From Azolla caroliniana (Eukaryota; Plantae; Polypodiophyta): DNA of 64,000 nt. The stretch is taken from the NCBI GenBank assembly GCA_043228905.1, contig JBHGNT010000002.1, forward strand, positions 9,238,001 through 9,302,000, in the 5' to 3' direction. Of the stretch, positions 1 through 10,900 are shown in pieces; the first letter of the stretch is position 1; each line of letters begins with the position of its first letter. Position numbers and translations under genes: made by a program. The notes below the pieces were generated by a model. The model was not told the DNA's origin. It saw only the letters and a list, made by a program, of their open reading frames with translations, and did no database searches.

Positions 1-738
1 CAATCGCCCTTGCTTAATAACTTTGAAGATTTTATTGGTGAGTTTAAAGCCTGCTTTGGAGATACCGATAGCATCAGGACGGCGATCAACAAGTTCCGAA
101 GATTGCGTCAAGGCGATCGTCCAGCCTCTGCCTACGCCGCGGATTTCCGTCTACTCGCCTCAGATATCCCCTGGGATGATCAGGCCCTCATGGAGCAGTT
201 TCGCTACGGCTTGCGCAATGATGTCAAAGATTTGCTTTTAACCTTCCCCGAAGAACCAAAGTCTCTTACGGAGGCAATCAGTCGAGCGGTCCAATGCGAC
301 AACCGCCTTTTCGAACGACGTTCGTAACGTCAGTTACAAATACCACACTCTCGGCCAGAACCCACATACGCCTTAGTCATGGCTAAACCGTTTGCACGCG
401 ATGTACCTCAAGCCAATATTCCGACACCGATGGAGATCGACACCATGCGTCGACGCGGCTCGTTATCAGAAGAAGAAAAGCAACGACGACGTGCCAATCG
501 ATTATGTCTTTATTGCGGTGGACCAGGGCATATCGCCATCAATTGTCCCCATAGGCCAAGAAGACATGTAAATCAAATCGTCGCCTGTACTAAACCCGAG
601 TCAATTCTTCCCTTCGGAGTGTCTGATAGTATTAATAGTACTAATAGAGTGTCAGATAGTATTCATAGTACTAATAGCCCAAGTATCTCAAACAAATTTG
701 AAATCCTTAGTCAATTAGATGAAGAGTTAAACGATTGA
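1..738 (+). pseudogene. gag: gag of the chromovirus (partial; in-frame TAA at 325-327)
   Basis: ORFs 10..327 and 379..738 share a frame and carry the retrotransposon gag motif LRQG..A..Y...F, the PMEID motif and a zinc knuckle. Confidence 0.9.
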
Positions 739-780
739 GTCCAGCCAAAATAGGAGCCGTTTGGTTGGACAACAGCCCTA
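726..780 (+). promoter_or_regulatory. Candidate -1 programmed ribosomal frameshift signal
   Basis: G_TTA_AAC at 726-732 in the gag frame, then a 6-nt spacer and an 11-bp stem (739-749 with 760-770). Loop TAGG(A)GC can pair with GCCCTA at 775-780. Confidence 0.7.
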
Positions 781-3700
781 GATCTGTACAACCCATTAGT
801 GGTTCCATTCCTTCCAAGCAAGTTAGCAATGTGTTCCTAGCCCAAGTCATTGTTAGTACTAAAAGTACTCCCCCAGTACCCGTCCTAGCACTCTTAGATT
901 CTGGAGCTAATTCCTGTTTTATGGATCGAAATTTTGCCCAACCTTCTCAGATATCCCTAAGGAAACTTCCTTGTCCCGCATCTGTAGTGGTCATTGATGG
1001 TCGTCCCATTGCTTCCGGGAATATTGTAGAAGAATCAGAACCCATTCAAGTTGTCCTAGGTAGTTTTGTGTGTGTAATATCATTTAATATAATTAGTATT
1101 CCAGAGCATCCCATTGTCCTAGGATTACCTTAGTTTGAATCACATAATCCAGCCATAGATTGGAGAACAAGAGAAGTCCGATATCGACCACCCCAAGAAT
1201 CTACTCACCGAGTTTCGACCATTTCACTCCATCAATTACGCGAAGAAGGACACAAGGAGGCAATGTTCCTATTTGCAATATCAATACATCCTTCCAGCAC
1301 TATTAAGAAGGACTCCTCAGTACAACTTCCGGCAAAATATCATCCTTATGCCGATGTATTTGACAAGGTAAAAGCCGGTACCCTTCCTCATCACCGTCCC
1401 TATGACTGTCCCATCGATTTACAACCAGGAACCAAGCCACCATGGGGACCAATTTACAACTTGTCACCCACCGAGTTAGAAGTCCTTCGAGCCTACATAG
1501 AGGAGAACTTGGCAAGCGGGTTCATCCGTCATTCGAAATCTCCGGCCGGTGCACCCATCTTCTTTGTCAAGAAGAAAGATTCCTCACTTCGTCTTGTCGT
1601 TGATTACCGCGGATTGAATAAGGTCACCATCCGGAATAGGTATGCACTTCCTCTTATATCAAGCCTTTTAGAGCGAGTTAATGGTGCCAAGTTTTTTACT
1701 AAAATCGACCTACGAGGAGCGTATAACCTTGTGCGGATCCGACCGGGAGATGAATGGAAGACCGCCTTTCGCACGCGGTATGGGCATTTCGAGTATACTG
1801 TTATGCCGTTCGGCCTAACCAATGCACCCGCAGTCTTCCAACACATGGCAAATGATATATTCAGAGACCTCTTGGATATCTGTTTGATCATCTATCTGGA
1901 TGATCTATTGATTTATTCGAAGACCCAGGAAGAGCACGATTCTCATGTACTATTAGTACTAAAGCGACTCCGCGAGAATGGTCTTTATGCCAAGCTAGAA
2001 AAATGTAGCTTTGACTGCAAGCAAGTGGAATTTCTAGGCTACGTCGTCTCCTCAAAAGGCATCGTCATGGATCCAGCTAAAATCCAAACTGTACTAGAGT
2101 GGCAAATTCCACGGTCGGTACGAGATGTACAATGTTTTCTAGGTTTTGCTAACTTTTACCGTAAGTTTATACAGGATTACTCGAAGATTATTTTACCTCT
2201 CACACAACTTACGAAGAAGGGCCAAGCATTTCTTTGGTCCATCGAAGCAGATATGGCTTTTCGGCATCTTAAGAAAGCCTTTACATCAGCACCGATTCTA
2301 GCTCATGTGGATACAAGCAAACCATTCATCATGGAGGCCGACGCATCAGATTTCGCCCTCGGTAGCATCCTTTCTCAACAAGGAGATAAAGAAGAGTTGC
2401 ATCTAGTGGCTTTCCATTCGCGCAAATTCGATGTCGCAGAAATCAACCACGAAATACATGACAAGGAGTTATTAGCCATCGTGGATTCATTTGTGCAATG
2501 GCGGCATTTCTTAGAGGGCTCTCCACATCAGGTCATTGTCTTTAGCGATCATAAAAATCTTGCTTATTTTTAGAACGCTCGCGTACTAAATCGACGGCAA
2601 GCTCGGTGGGCACAATTCCTCACGCATTTCGACTTCAAAATAACATATCGACCAGGGAAGCAGCAAGGAAAAGCAGATGCACTATCACGGCGTTCATATC
2701 TTGCACCTCGTCCTGGTGATGCAACATTTGATAATCAAAAGCAAGTAATCTTGGGACCAACACGATTGCACACGACGCGGATTTTTCACACCCCGATGGA
2801 TTCACAGATTACCGATGACATACGTGCAACCTTGAAGACAGATAGTTTTGCTCAAGACATCCTGGCGCACATTGATACTTCTCGGGCATCCTGTTCTCAG
2901 TCTCAACAACCAGGTATTGACTACCGACAATTCGAATATCATGATGGTTTGTTATTCTTTAAAAAGCGCGTATATGTCCCCGATTGCTCCTGTCGCCTTC
3001 AAATCGTCTAGTACTGTCACGACACCCATACGGCGGGACATTTCAGTAGATCTAAGACGTTGGAGCTAGTGCAACGATATTTTTGGTGGCCCCACATGCG
3101 CCATTTTGTCGACGACTACGTTCAGACCTATGATGCTTGCTGCCGAGCAAAGATGCCACGACACCATCCATATGGCTTGTTGGAACCCTTACCGTTTCCA
3201 AGTAAGCCGTGGCAGTCTATTTGTCTTGATTTTATCACAGATTTGCCGGTCTCGAATGGGTTCGATGCTATCCTAACCATCGTCGATCGATATACGAAGA
3301 TGGCACATTTTGTGCCGTGTACTAAAGCCATTACTAATGAGGAAACTGCCGCCCTTGTTATGCGTGAGGTATTTCGGCATCATGGCCTCCCAGACAGTAT
3401 CATCAGTGACCGAGGACCACAATTTGTCTCCAAATTTTGGCAGCATCTCTTCAAGATGCTCAAGGTCTCCTGCAACCTCTCCTCCGGCTACCATCCTCAG
3501 ACTGACGGGCAGGCGGAACGAACAAACCAAACGCTGGAGCAATATCTCCGGTGTTTCTTGAGTTATCAACAGGACGATTGGGCCGAGATTCTCCACTTTG
3601 CGGAGTTTGCGTATAATAATGCTATTCACTCCTCGACTCGGGTCTCCCCATTTTTCGCTTATACCGGTTTCCATCCTCGCTGGTCGGTGATCGACACCCC

Positions 3701-4307
3701 GGAGCTACCTACCAACCCTCGTGCCGAGGATCATTTGGAGAGGCTACGCAAGATCCAGATGGATCTCTCTACTCACCTTCGTCATGCTCAACACACACAG
3801 AAGACTTATGCGGATCGTCATCGGATTCCCTCCTCTGTTGCCATCGGAGATCGAGTATGGCTCTTACGCCGTCACATCAAGACTACTCGACCGTGCGACA
3901 AGTTGGATTATCAACGACTCGGTCCCTTCCGTATTACGGGTAAGATTAATGATGTCACATTCCGCCTTGATCTCCCTCCGCAGCTTCAGATACATCCGGT
4001 TTTCCATTGTTCTCTTCTTGAACCTTATAAAGCAAACACCATTCCCGATCGTGTGACACCACCGCCGCCCCCGCTAGAGTTGGACGCCAGCCCTAAGTAT
4101 GAAGTTGCTGCCATCCTCAATTCCAAACTTGTTCGCAACAAACTTTATTACTTGGTCGATTGGCTCGGTTATAGTCTGAGTGAACGTACTTGAGAACCCG
4201 TCGAGCATGTTGCTAATGCACAGGATCGTCTTGCTGATTTCCACCGAAAGTATTCGAACAAACCCGGTCCGCAATCAGCGCCGACTCGTTCCACTCGTCG
4301 TCTTTAA
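735..4307 (+). pseudogene. pol: pol (PR-RT-RH-IN-chromodomain), in the -1 frame relative to gag, with four premature stops
   Basis: ORFs 735, 1263, 2751 and 3060 are all in one frame. They are separated by TAG 1131, TAG 2571, TAG 3009 and TGA 4191, each one transition from a Trp or Gln codon. The natural stop TAA is at 4305-4307. Confidence 0.92.
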
Positions 4308-4318
4308 GGGGGAGATAG

Positions 4319-4761
4319 TGTCATGATATGGCAAGACTCGAACCCATGACCTTATGCTACATGGGTCGAGCTCTTACCATTAGACTATGAATTGTAATTT
4401 GTAGGATATTATTTTCATTTATGTTTTATCATAGAAAATTGATGTATATTCCAGATCTCTCTGGAACATTCTAGAAGCTTCAGGATTATTCCTAAAAACA
4501 CTATAAAAGGAGGCACAAGGCATTGTTTTGAACCAAATTGGTTCAATGCCAGTCTTAAGCCTCTTAGCCGCTTGTACTTATCTTTTCACATATTATATTA
4601 GTTGTTGTCATCATCTTTCTCTCTCTCTCATCCTCGCTATCTCTCTCTCTCCTCTTCGCACTTCCTCTCTCGGGAATCTTACGCAGTCCCGTCCTCTTAG
4701 TACTAATAGTACTGCTCTTCTTAGTACTAATTCCATCTCTGCATTAGTACTATTCCTGACA
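4319..4761 (+). repeat. 3' LTR of the chromovirus (443 bp)
   Basis: Follows the PPT directly. It has TGTCA/TGACA termini, TATAAAA near 4503 and a CT-rich R/U5 region. Confidence 0.88.
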
Positions 4762-4879
4762 AATATAATTATTAAAACTATACATCATCTATGTTATTAC
4801 AATGATTAAAGGTCTAACACATAGACCGAGACGTTGTGGGTTCGAATCCTTGTAACCTAAAATGTATCTCTTCATGACA
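4762..4879 (-). mobile_element. Remnant 5' end of an older related LTR in the opposite orientation, into which the chromovirus inserted
   Basis: Ends in CATGACA at 4873-4879, which is TGTCATG on the - strand, the same start as the 4319 LTR. It carries a perfect B box GGTTCGAATCC (4839-4849) and a degenerate A box near 4795. Confidence 0.5.
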
Positions 4880-7364
4880 ACTACTAATCCAGTGAATCAT
4901 TGAATATTTGCAACATCAACACCCAATGGATAAGCCCAATGCCGATAAATTGATCCTTGTGTAATCATTGACCCTCGTCATCCCCAACATTCCAAATCAC
5001 TCCCTATATAAGAAATAAGACGCGAAACTTCCTCCAATTTATATGCAAACTTGAAGCCCAAGCAAATTGATCCCAATCTTACCTACTCCTTTCAAGATTT
5101 TCTTTTAAGGCTTGTAAAAACATAAAAGAATCGTCGGCCACTGCTTGTGCCACCAATTGTCCACTAGAAGGAAGATGCAAACCCACATATCACCATTGAT
5201 TGCAAGATTTGACTCTCTCTCGCTCTCTCTCTCTTTCTCTCTCTTTGGTGAAAACACACAATTATATTAATAAATGTGTATGAAAAACACTACTTCAATG
5301 GGTGACACAATGAAACATGGTCACCAACTTACTACATGGGTAATGGAACATGTTGAATTGCTAGTAGGCAAGATGAACACTCCATTAAGGAAAGAATTTC
5401 CACTTGCTCCAATAAAGAAAATTGCCACATTAGTACTCCCTTCAACTTTATTAGAAATGTTTTGACTCCATGCCTACCATCAAATACAAAAGTGTCGTGC
5501 ATATCCCATTATAACGCAATCCTCAATACCTCAAAAATAGGAAACCCTGTGTAAATTCTACAAACACCCATTGTCTAGGCGTCAAATAACACCGTGATAA
5601 AACTTACTAAGTTTGAGAAATGTAACTCTAAATCTAACAATCAATTGGACATTGTATGAAACAATGATTACTATCTTCCATTTAAACAATGCAAAAGAAG
5701 CAATTGCGTGTTGTCGTGATATGGCATGGCCAAAGATAGAAAGTGGAAAAAGGGAAGGTCCACTTACAATCACAAAAAGATATGTATAAATAAATAAATA
5801 AATATAATAAATAAAGGTTAGAGCTATACACCTTGTATTATGGGTGTAAAGTTTGATTTTTTGTCAATGCGATGTGGATCAAGGACTAATTATTCCTTTT
5901 CTTTTTTGAAGAAAACTAGGGTTCGGGGGCATAATAGTTGTCAAAGGTAATCACAGTCTCGGGGGCCCACTTGACTCACACATTCACCCGACATTCGACC
6001 GACTCCCCAACTTTCATTTCAATTAAAACTTGATGGTCTCTAATCTTTCATTGCATCACTTCTCGTTACCACCGTTGTATCTTTTCACTATGTACATTTG
6101 TATACCCTATTCTATAAAAGTTCTTTTTTGTAATCTAACGTTTTTGGCTTATAAAGTGGCCCATTCTGGTCTTAACATTGTGCAATCCCTTCGTAATCTC
6201 ATGCTCCTCGTGCTAATCAAATATTTAGATCCTAAGCTTGTGTGTTAATCGTTGTTCATCTCATCGCACCCTTTGACTCCTACGAGCCTTTGGAGTTCCA
6301 TAATAACCTTTGTCGTAAATATTCATCATACTGAGTAGGTCTAGGTTTATTTCTGAGCAATCTAGGTAAGACTTGTTTCCATGCAAAAAAAAAGTTTGAA
6401 CAAATCTGTCCTCCCATCTATGACATGATGACATTCTAAAATTTTCTCTAAATATCCGGCTTACATTCTTCGACCATGGTGCATCTAAGCGAGGAAAGCG
6501 AGGAAACAAGTATCTCTTGATAGACTGCATGGAATTTGTCTAAACAATCAAAAAATAATTTGAGAACCTTTTTCTCAAGGATAATGGGTAAGAATGATGC
6601 ATGTATTCTTTGTATAAATGCTTTTGGTGAGTAGAGCAAAGTCAATAGTAAGTGCTCGGTGGATGACTCCTTGACCATAGGGATTGAACTACAACCCTAT
6701 TTTCCATCTTTCGATAGAGATGAGTGCTTGTAGAAAGAGTAGGACGGAACATTGGGGGTATTGTGTGGAGTTTGTTTGTTTTGACTATTTTGGTAGAGAG
6801 ACTGTTGATTCGTCTCATGAAAGGAATGATGATAGTGATGCAAATAACTCCTAAATGTATTTTTTCTGCAACGATATGTAAGAAATTTAGACAATATTTT
6901 ATCGAATGAAATAAAAAAGTTGATTGTTTTGAAATTTTTCGTTTATGATTTCGTTAGGATCTAAAATACTACTAGTTTAATTTCTCCTTTAAAATACACA
7001 AAGTTACTTTTCGTATTTGGCCAAAATTTGACATTTTTCAATTTTACCAAATGGTGAAAATTTTAGCTTTTTCATCAAGTTTTTTAGAACATGTGATACT
7101 AGTATCAAGGTGTTTTGTGAAATGGCAAAAAAAACCCCAAATTCGGACAGAATATTCCTTATCCTTCCATTTGTGCGCGATCCTTCCACTTGTGAACGCA
7201 AACGTGTTAGCATATTCTTGATATTTTTTGGGAATTTGGATGTCTGAATTCCCTTGAGTGGCACTAGAAGGTGTCATTGATACTACAAATAAGAAAAGTT
7301 CCTCTTTTCCTCCCACTTGGGACAATTGTTGCAATGTAATGGTTGAGATTTGATGAAAATGAGA

Positions 7365-7416
7365 TGGTGCAGTGGTAGAACTATATTCTTTAAGGGAAGA
7401 GTCTTGGGTTCGATCC
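7365..7416 (+). other. tRNA-derived Pol III promoter-like module (possible SINE head)
   Basis: A box TGGTGCAGTGG at 7365-7375 and B box GGTTCGATCC at 7407-7416 with tRNA-like spacing; no complete cloverleaf. Confidence 0.5.
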
Positions 7417-7912
7417 TTAGCAATGATGTTTCCTAATGAAGGGCACCAAATTTCTCGCCCCCTCCAATTGATTCTTGGGTTATGTAGCTCAAACCAAGGA
7501 CAATTGGATGCTTGGGGCTACGTATTATGTTAAAGGAAACTACACATCCTAAATCACCTAAGAGTATGTGTATTGGCTCAGACTCTTAAAATCTCTTCCT
7601 AGAAGCTATGGGACGTCCATCAATCACTATTACAGAAACCGGGCAAGAAACCACCCATTCCAATGCCTTCCACACCTCGACCTACCACGGGAACACTTTT
7701 CACGACCTCTAGGGTCACAAAGGTCATAAAAAAAATTACAATATAGGAAGTCCATGAACCACATCGGATTGCGAGCTGAACACATCATATATGCTTGAGA
7801 GTGCCTAGCTCCTTTTCTCACTCTAATCTTCAACCGCTCCCTCGCCCAGGGTTTTCCACCACAATGGACCATGAACACAATGGACCCTATACATAAAGGA
7901 GGGGACCCAATG

Positions 7913-10900
7913 TGTTGTGTACAAGGCCATCAATGCGAAAGTGCAAGCAACATTCGTGATGAAGAAGAACCTGTGTATGCATGAGCAAGATAGACACAGA
8001 GGGGGAGAGGGAGAGAGAGAGGCACAAAGTAAAACGTTATATTCCAAATAGCAACAGTTACAAATGACAACCAACCTTCACTAAAGGTTACAAAGTCACT
8101 TTATATAGTGACTATCCTAGGGCAACTGCCCTTTATGCTATTTACAGAAATAGCCCGAACTTGGGCTATCCAAAGGGACAGTGTGAATACAGCAATTATA
8201 CACTCGTATTCGACACTCCCCCGTAATGGGTGTATACATGGGTTATCTTAAAGAATTACAGGTATATATACAAGGTTTATCGGACAGATCAGTTTTGTTA
8301 GAGTCAGCAAGATCTGAAGACAGAAGACTGAATCTGTCGGGTCGGAAGAGCTAAAGTCGATCCTTAGAGAACCGATGTCGGTGGTCCAAAACCATCCTGT
8401 GTTGTGTGTCTGACTTTAACCGGACCAATTTTTCGTTACGCCCATCTGGTGCCAAATGGACCGGAAGCAATCCGCCGAAAGACACTTGGTCATTCCATCT
8501 GCGACATTATAGGTTGTGGATATCTTCTCGAGACCGATTTTCCCTGAAATGACGCAGTCCCGAATGAAGTGATATCGAACGTTGATATGCTTAGAGGCGT
8601 TGTGGTGAACCGGATTTTTTGACAAAGCAACAACACCCTGATTGTCATTGTAGACAACTGGAGCCGAGTCAGAGTCGACCTGTCGAAACGTGTGCGCCAA
8701 CCGACCGAGCCATAAAGCTTCTTTTGCCGCGTCGGACGCAGCTACATATTCCGCTTCGGTTGTTGAGGTGGTTGTGCACTCCTGAAGTTTTGACTTCCAC
8801 GAGATTGCTCCATTGCCGAATTTGAAACAGTATCCGGTTGTTGATTTATGACTGTCCACACAGTCGGCGAAGTCCGAGTCGGTGTAATCGACTACGCCTG
8901 AGGTTGAGTTCGGGCCAAAAAGAATGTCGTGGTCTTTTGTGCCAACTAGATATCTGAACACATGCTTGATTGTGTTCCAGTGCGATCAGTCGGGGTTGTG
9001 CATGAATCTGCTGACGACTCCTACGACGTGAGAAATATCAGGCCGTGTCGCGACCATCGCGTACATGAGGGAGCCGACTATCGGTGCATACGGTACCGAC
9101 TTCATATCTTCCCCCTCCGGATTGGATGTCGGACAGTCTCGCTGAGACAGCCGAAGGTTGATGGGGAGCGGGGTCGAAGCAAACTTGGCCGATTGCATAT
9201 TGAAGCGTTCTAAGACACGTCCGATGTAGTTAGTTTGAGACAAGAAAAGTTGTCGTGTATCGCGATACCGACTAATCTTCATGCCAAGTATGTGTCTTGC
9301 TGGACCGAGGTCCTTCATCGCAAACTTCAACCGCAGTTGCCGAACGAGTTCGGTGAGCTCTCCGGCATGCCGACCGGAGAGTAGCATGTCGTCCACGTAA
9401 ATGATGAGGAAGACGGGAGACCCGTCTTGAGCTGTTTTGGTGAAGAGACAGTGGTCCTCATCGCTCTTTGAGAAGCCGACTAATTGGATGAAGTCGTTGA
9501 ACTTCTTGTACTTTGGGTTGAATTTCTTGTACTTAGAGACTCTTCCTGAGTCGGCAGACTAGATGTTCCTGGCCGGATGCCACAAAGCCTTTCGGCTGCT
9601 CCATATAGATTTCCTCCTGTACGTCACCGTGGAGGAATGCCATTTTTACATCTAGCTGAATAAGCTCCAAGTTGTCAGCGGCCACGACGCCGAGCATGAA
9701 ACGAAGGGTCGTCATTTTCACCACTGGTGAAAAGATTTCGTCGAAGTCGACGCCATATTCTTGTCGAAATCCCTTTGCAACTAATCTAGCCTTGTACTTT
9801 GGGTTAGTCGAGTCGGACGTCTCTTTTAGTCAATAGACCAACTTACATGGAAGAGCACGTCGATTCTCCGGTAATTCGACTAAGTCCCAAGTCTTGTTTG
9901 CCCGAATGGAGTGCATTTCCGACTCCATCGCCAGATGCCATGTGGCGGAATTGGCAGATGTCGATGCTTCTTTGTAAGACGTCGGTTCGCCGGCGTCGGT
10001 GAAGAAAATTCCGGGAGAGTACCTCTCCGGAGGTTGCAACAGTCTCTCGGATCTGCGAGGTATGACTGGACTAGTAGCACCGGGTGTCAATGTCGGATGA
10101 TCGGGAGCCGAGCCATTTGGTTGTGCCGAATCGGTGGATTCGGTGTGAGAGTTGTTGGTTACCCGTGAAACCAATCTCATGTTGTGGGCTGGGCCGTCAT
10201 GAAGGGTTGGCACTTCAGAAAATATTACCCTTCGGACTTCAATAGGCCTTTCGACCGTTTTATGCATAGTCGACTCATTGAACACGACGTCCGAACTTCG
10301 GATGATTTGTCTATGCTCGGGGTCCCAGAGTCGGTATCCGATCTCGCCGTCGGGTCCATACCCAAGAAAAACACATTTCCTTGACCTTAGTTCGAGTTTC
10401 TGGTGGTCGTCTTTCGGTATGAGAGCATACGCCTCGCAACCGAAGATCCTCAGTTTGTCATAATTCGGCTTACTACCGGTCCATATTTCCCGAGGTATTT
10501 GAAGTCCTAGAGGTCTACTTGGCGACATATTTATTATGTGTGCTGCCATAAGTAGAGCCTCCGCCCAGAAGCCATCCGACAGTCCGGAGTGTTGGAGTAT
10601 GGATACTGCGTGTTCTTGAATCGTCTGATTCATGCGTTCAACAATTCCGTTCTGCTCCAGACTATAGGGTGCCGTATATTCACGTCGGATGCCGCGTTCC
10701 CAACAGAATTTGACGAATTCTTCAGACTTGAATTCTCCTCCATTGTCGGTTCAGAGACATTTCAGTTTTCGACCGGTCTGATTTTCGACCATTGTAAGCC
10801 ATTCAGAGAAGATCGAGAACACCCGATCTTTGGTTCTGATGGGGTAAGCCCACACCTTCTGAGTCGAGTCGTCAATAAAACTGACGAAGTACGAAGCACC

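Larger units (their letters stand above)
1..4761 (+). mobile_element. Ty3/gypsy chromovirus LTR retrotransposon (Tcn1-like); 5' part lies outside the window; inactivated by nonsense codons
   Basis: Domain order is gag (CCHC knuckle CLYCGGPGHIAINC), PR (LLDSGA), RT (YLDD), RNase H (EADASD), integrase (HHCC, D,D-35-E, GPF), then chromodomain (YEVAAIL...YLVDWLGY). PPT AAGGGGGAGATAG at 4306-4318 is followed by a 3' LTR TGTCA..TGACA at 4319-4761. Confidence 0.95.

Noticed and set aside
4330-4390. Functional tRNA genes at the tRNA-like modules (4330, 4795, 7365, 41252/46680)
   Set aside because: Acceptor and anticodon stems do not pair; only the A/B boxes are retained. They are reported as promoter-like modules instead.
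5900-7300. Decayed minus-strand ORF remnants (6261-6678), possibly from a DNA transposon
   Set aside because: I could not identify TIRs, a TSD or a recognisable protein motif by eye.
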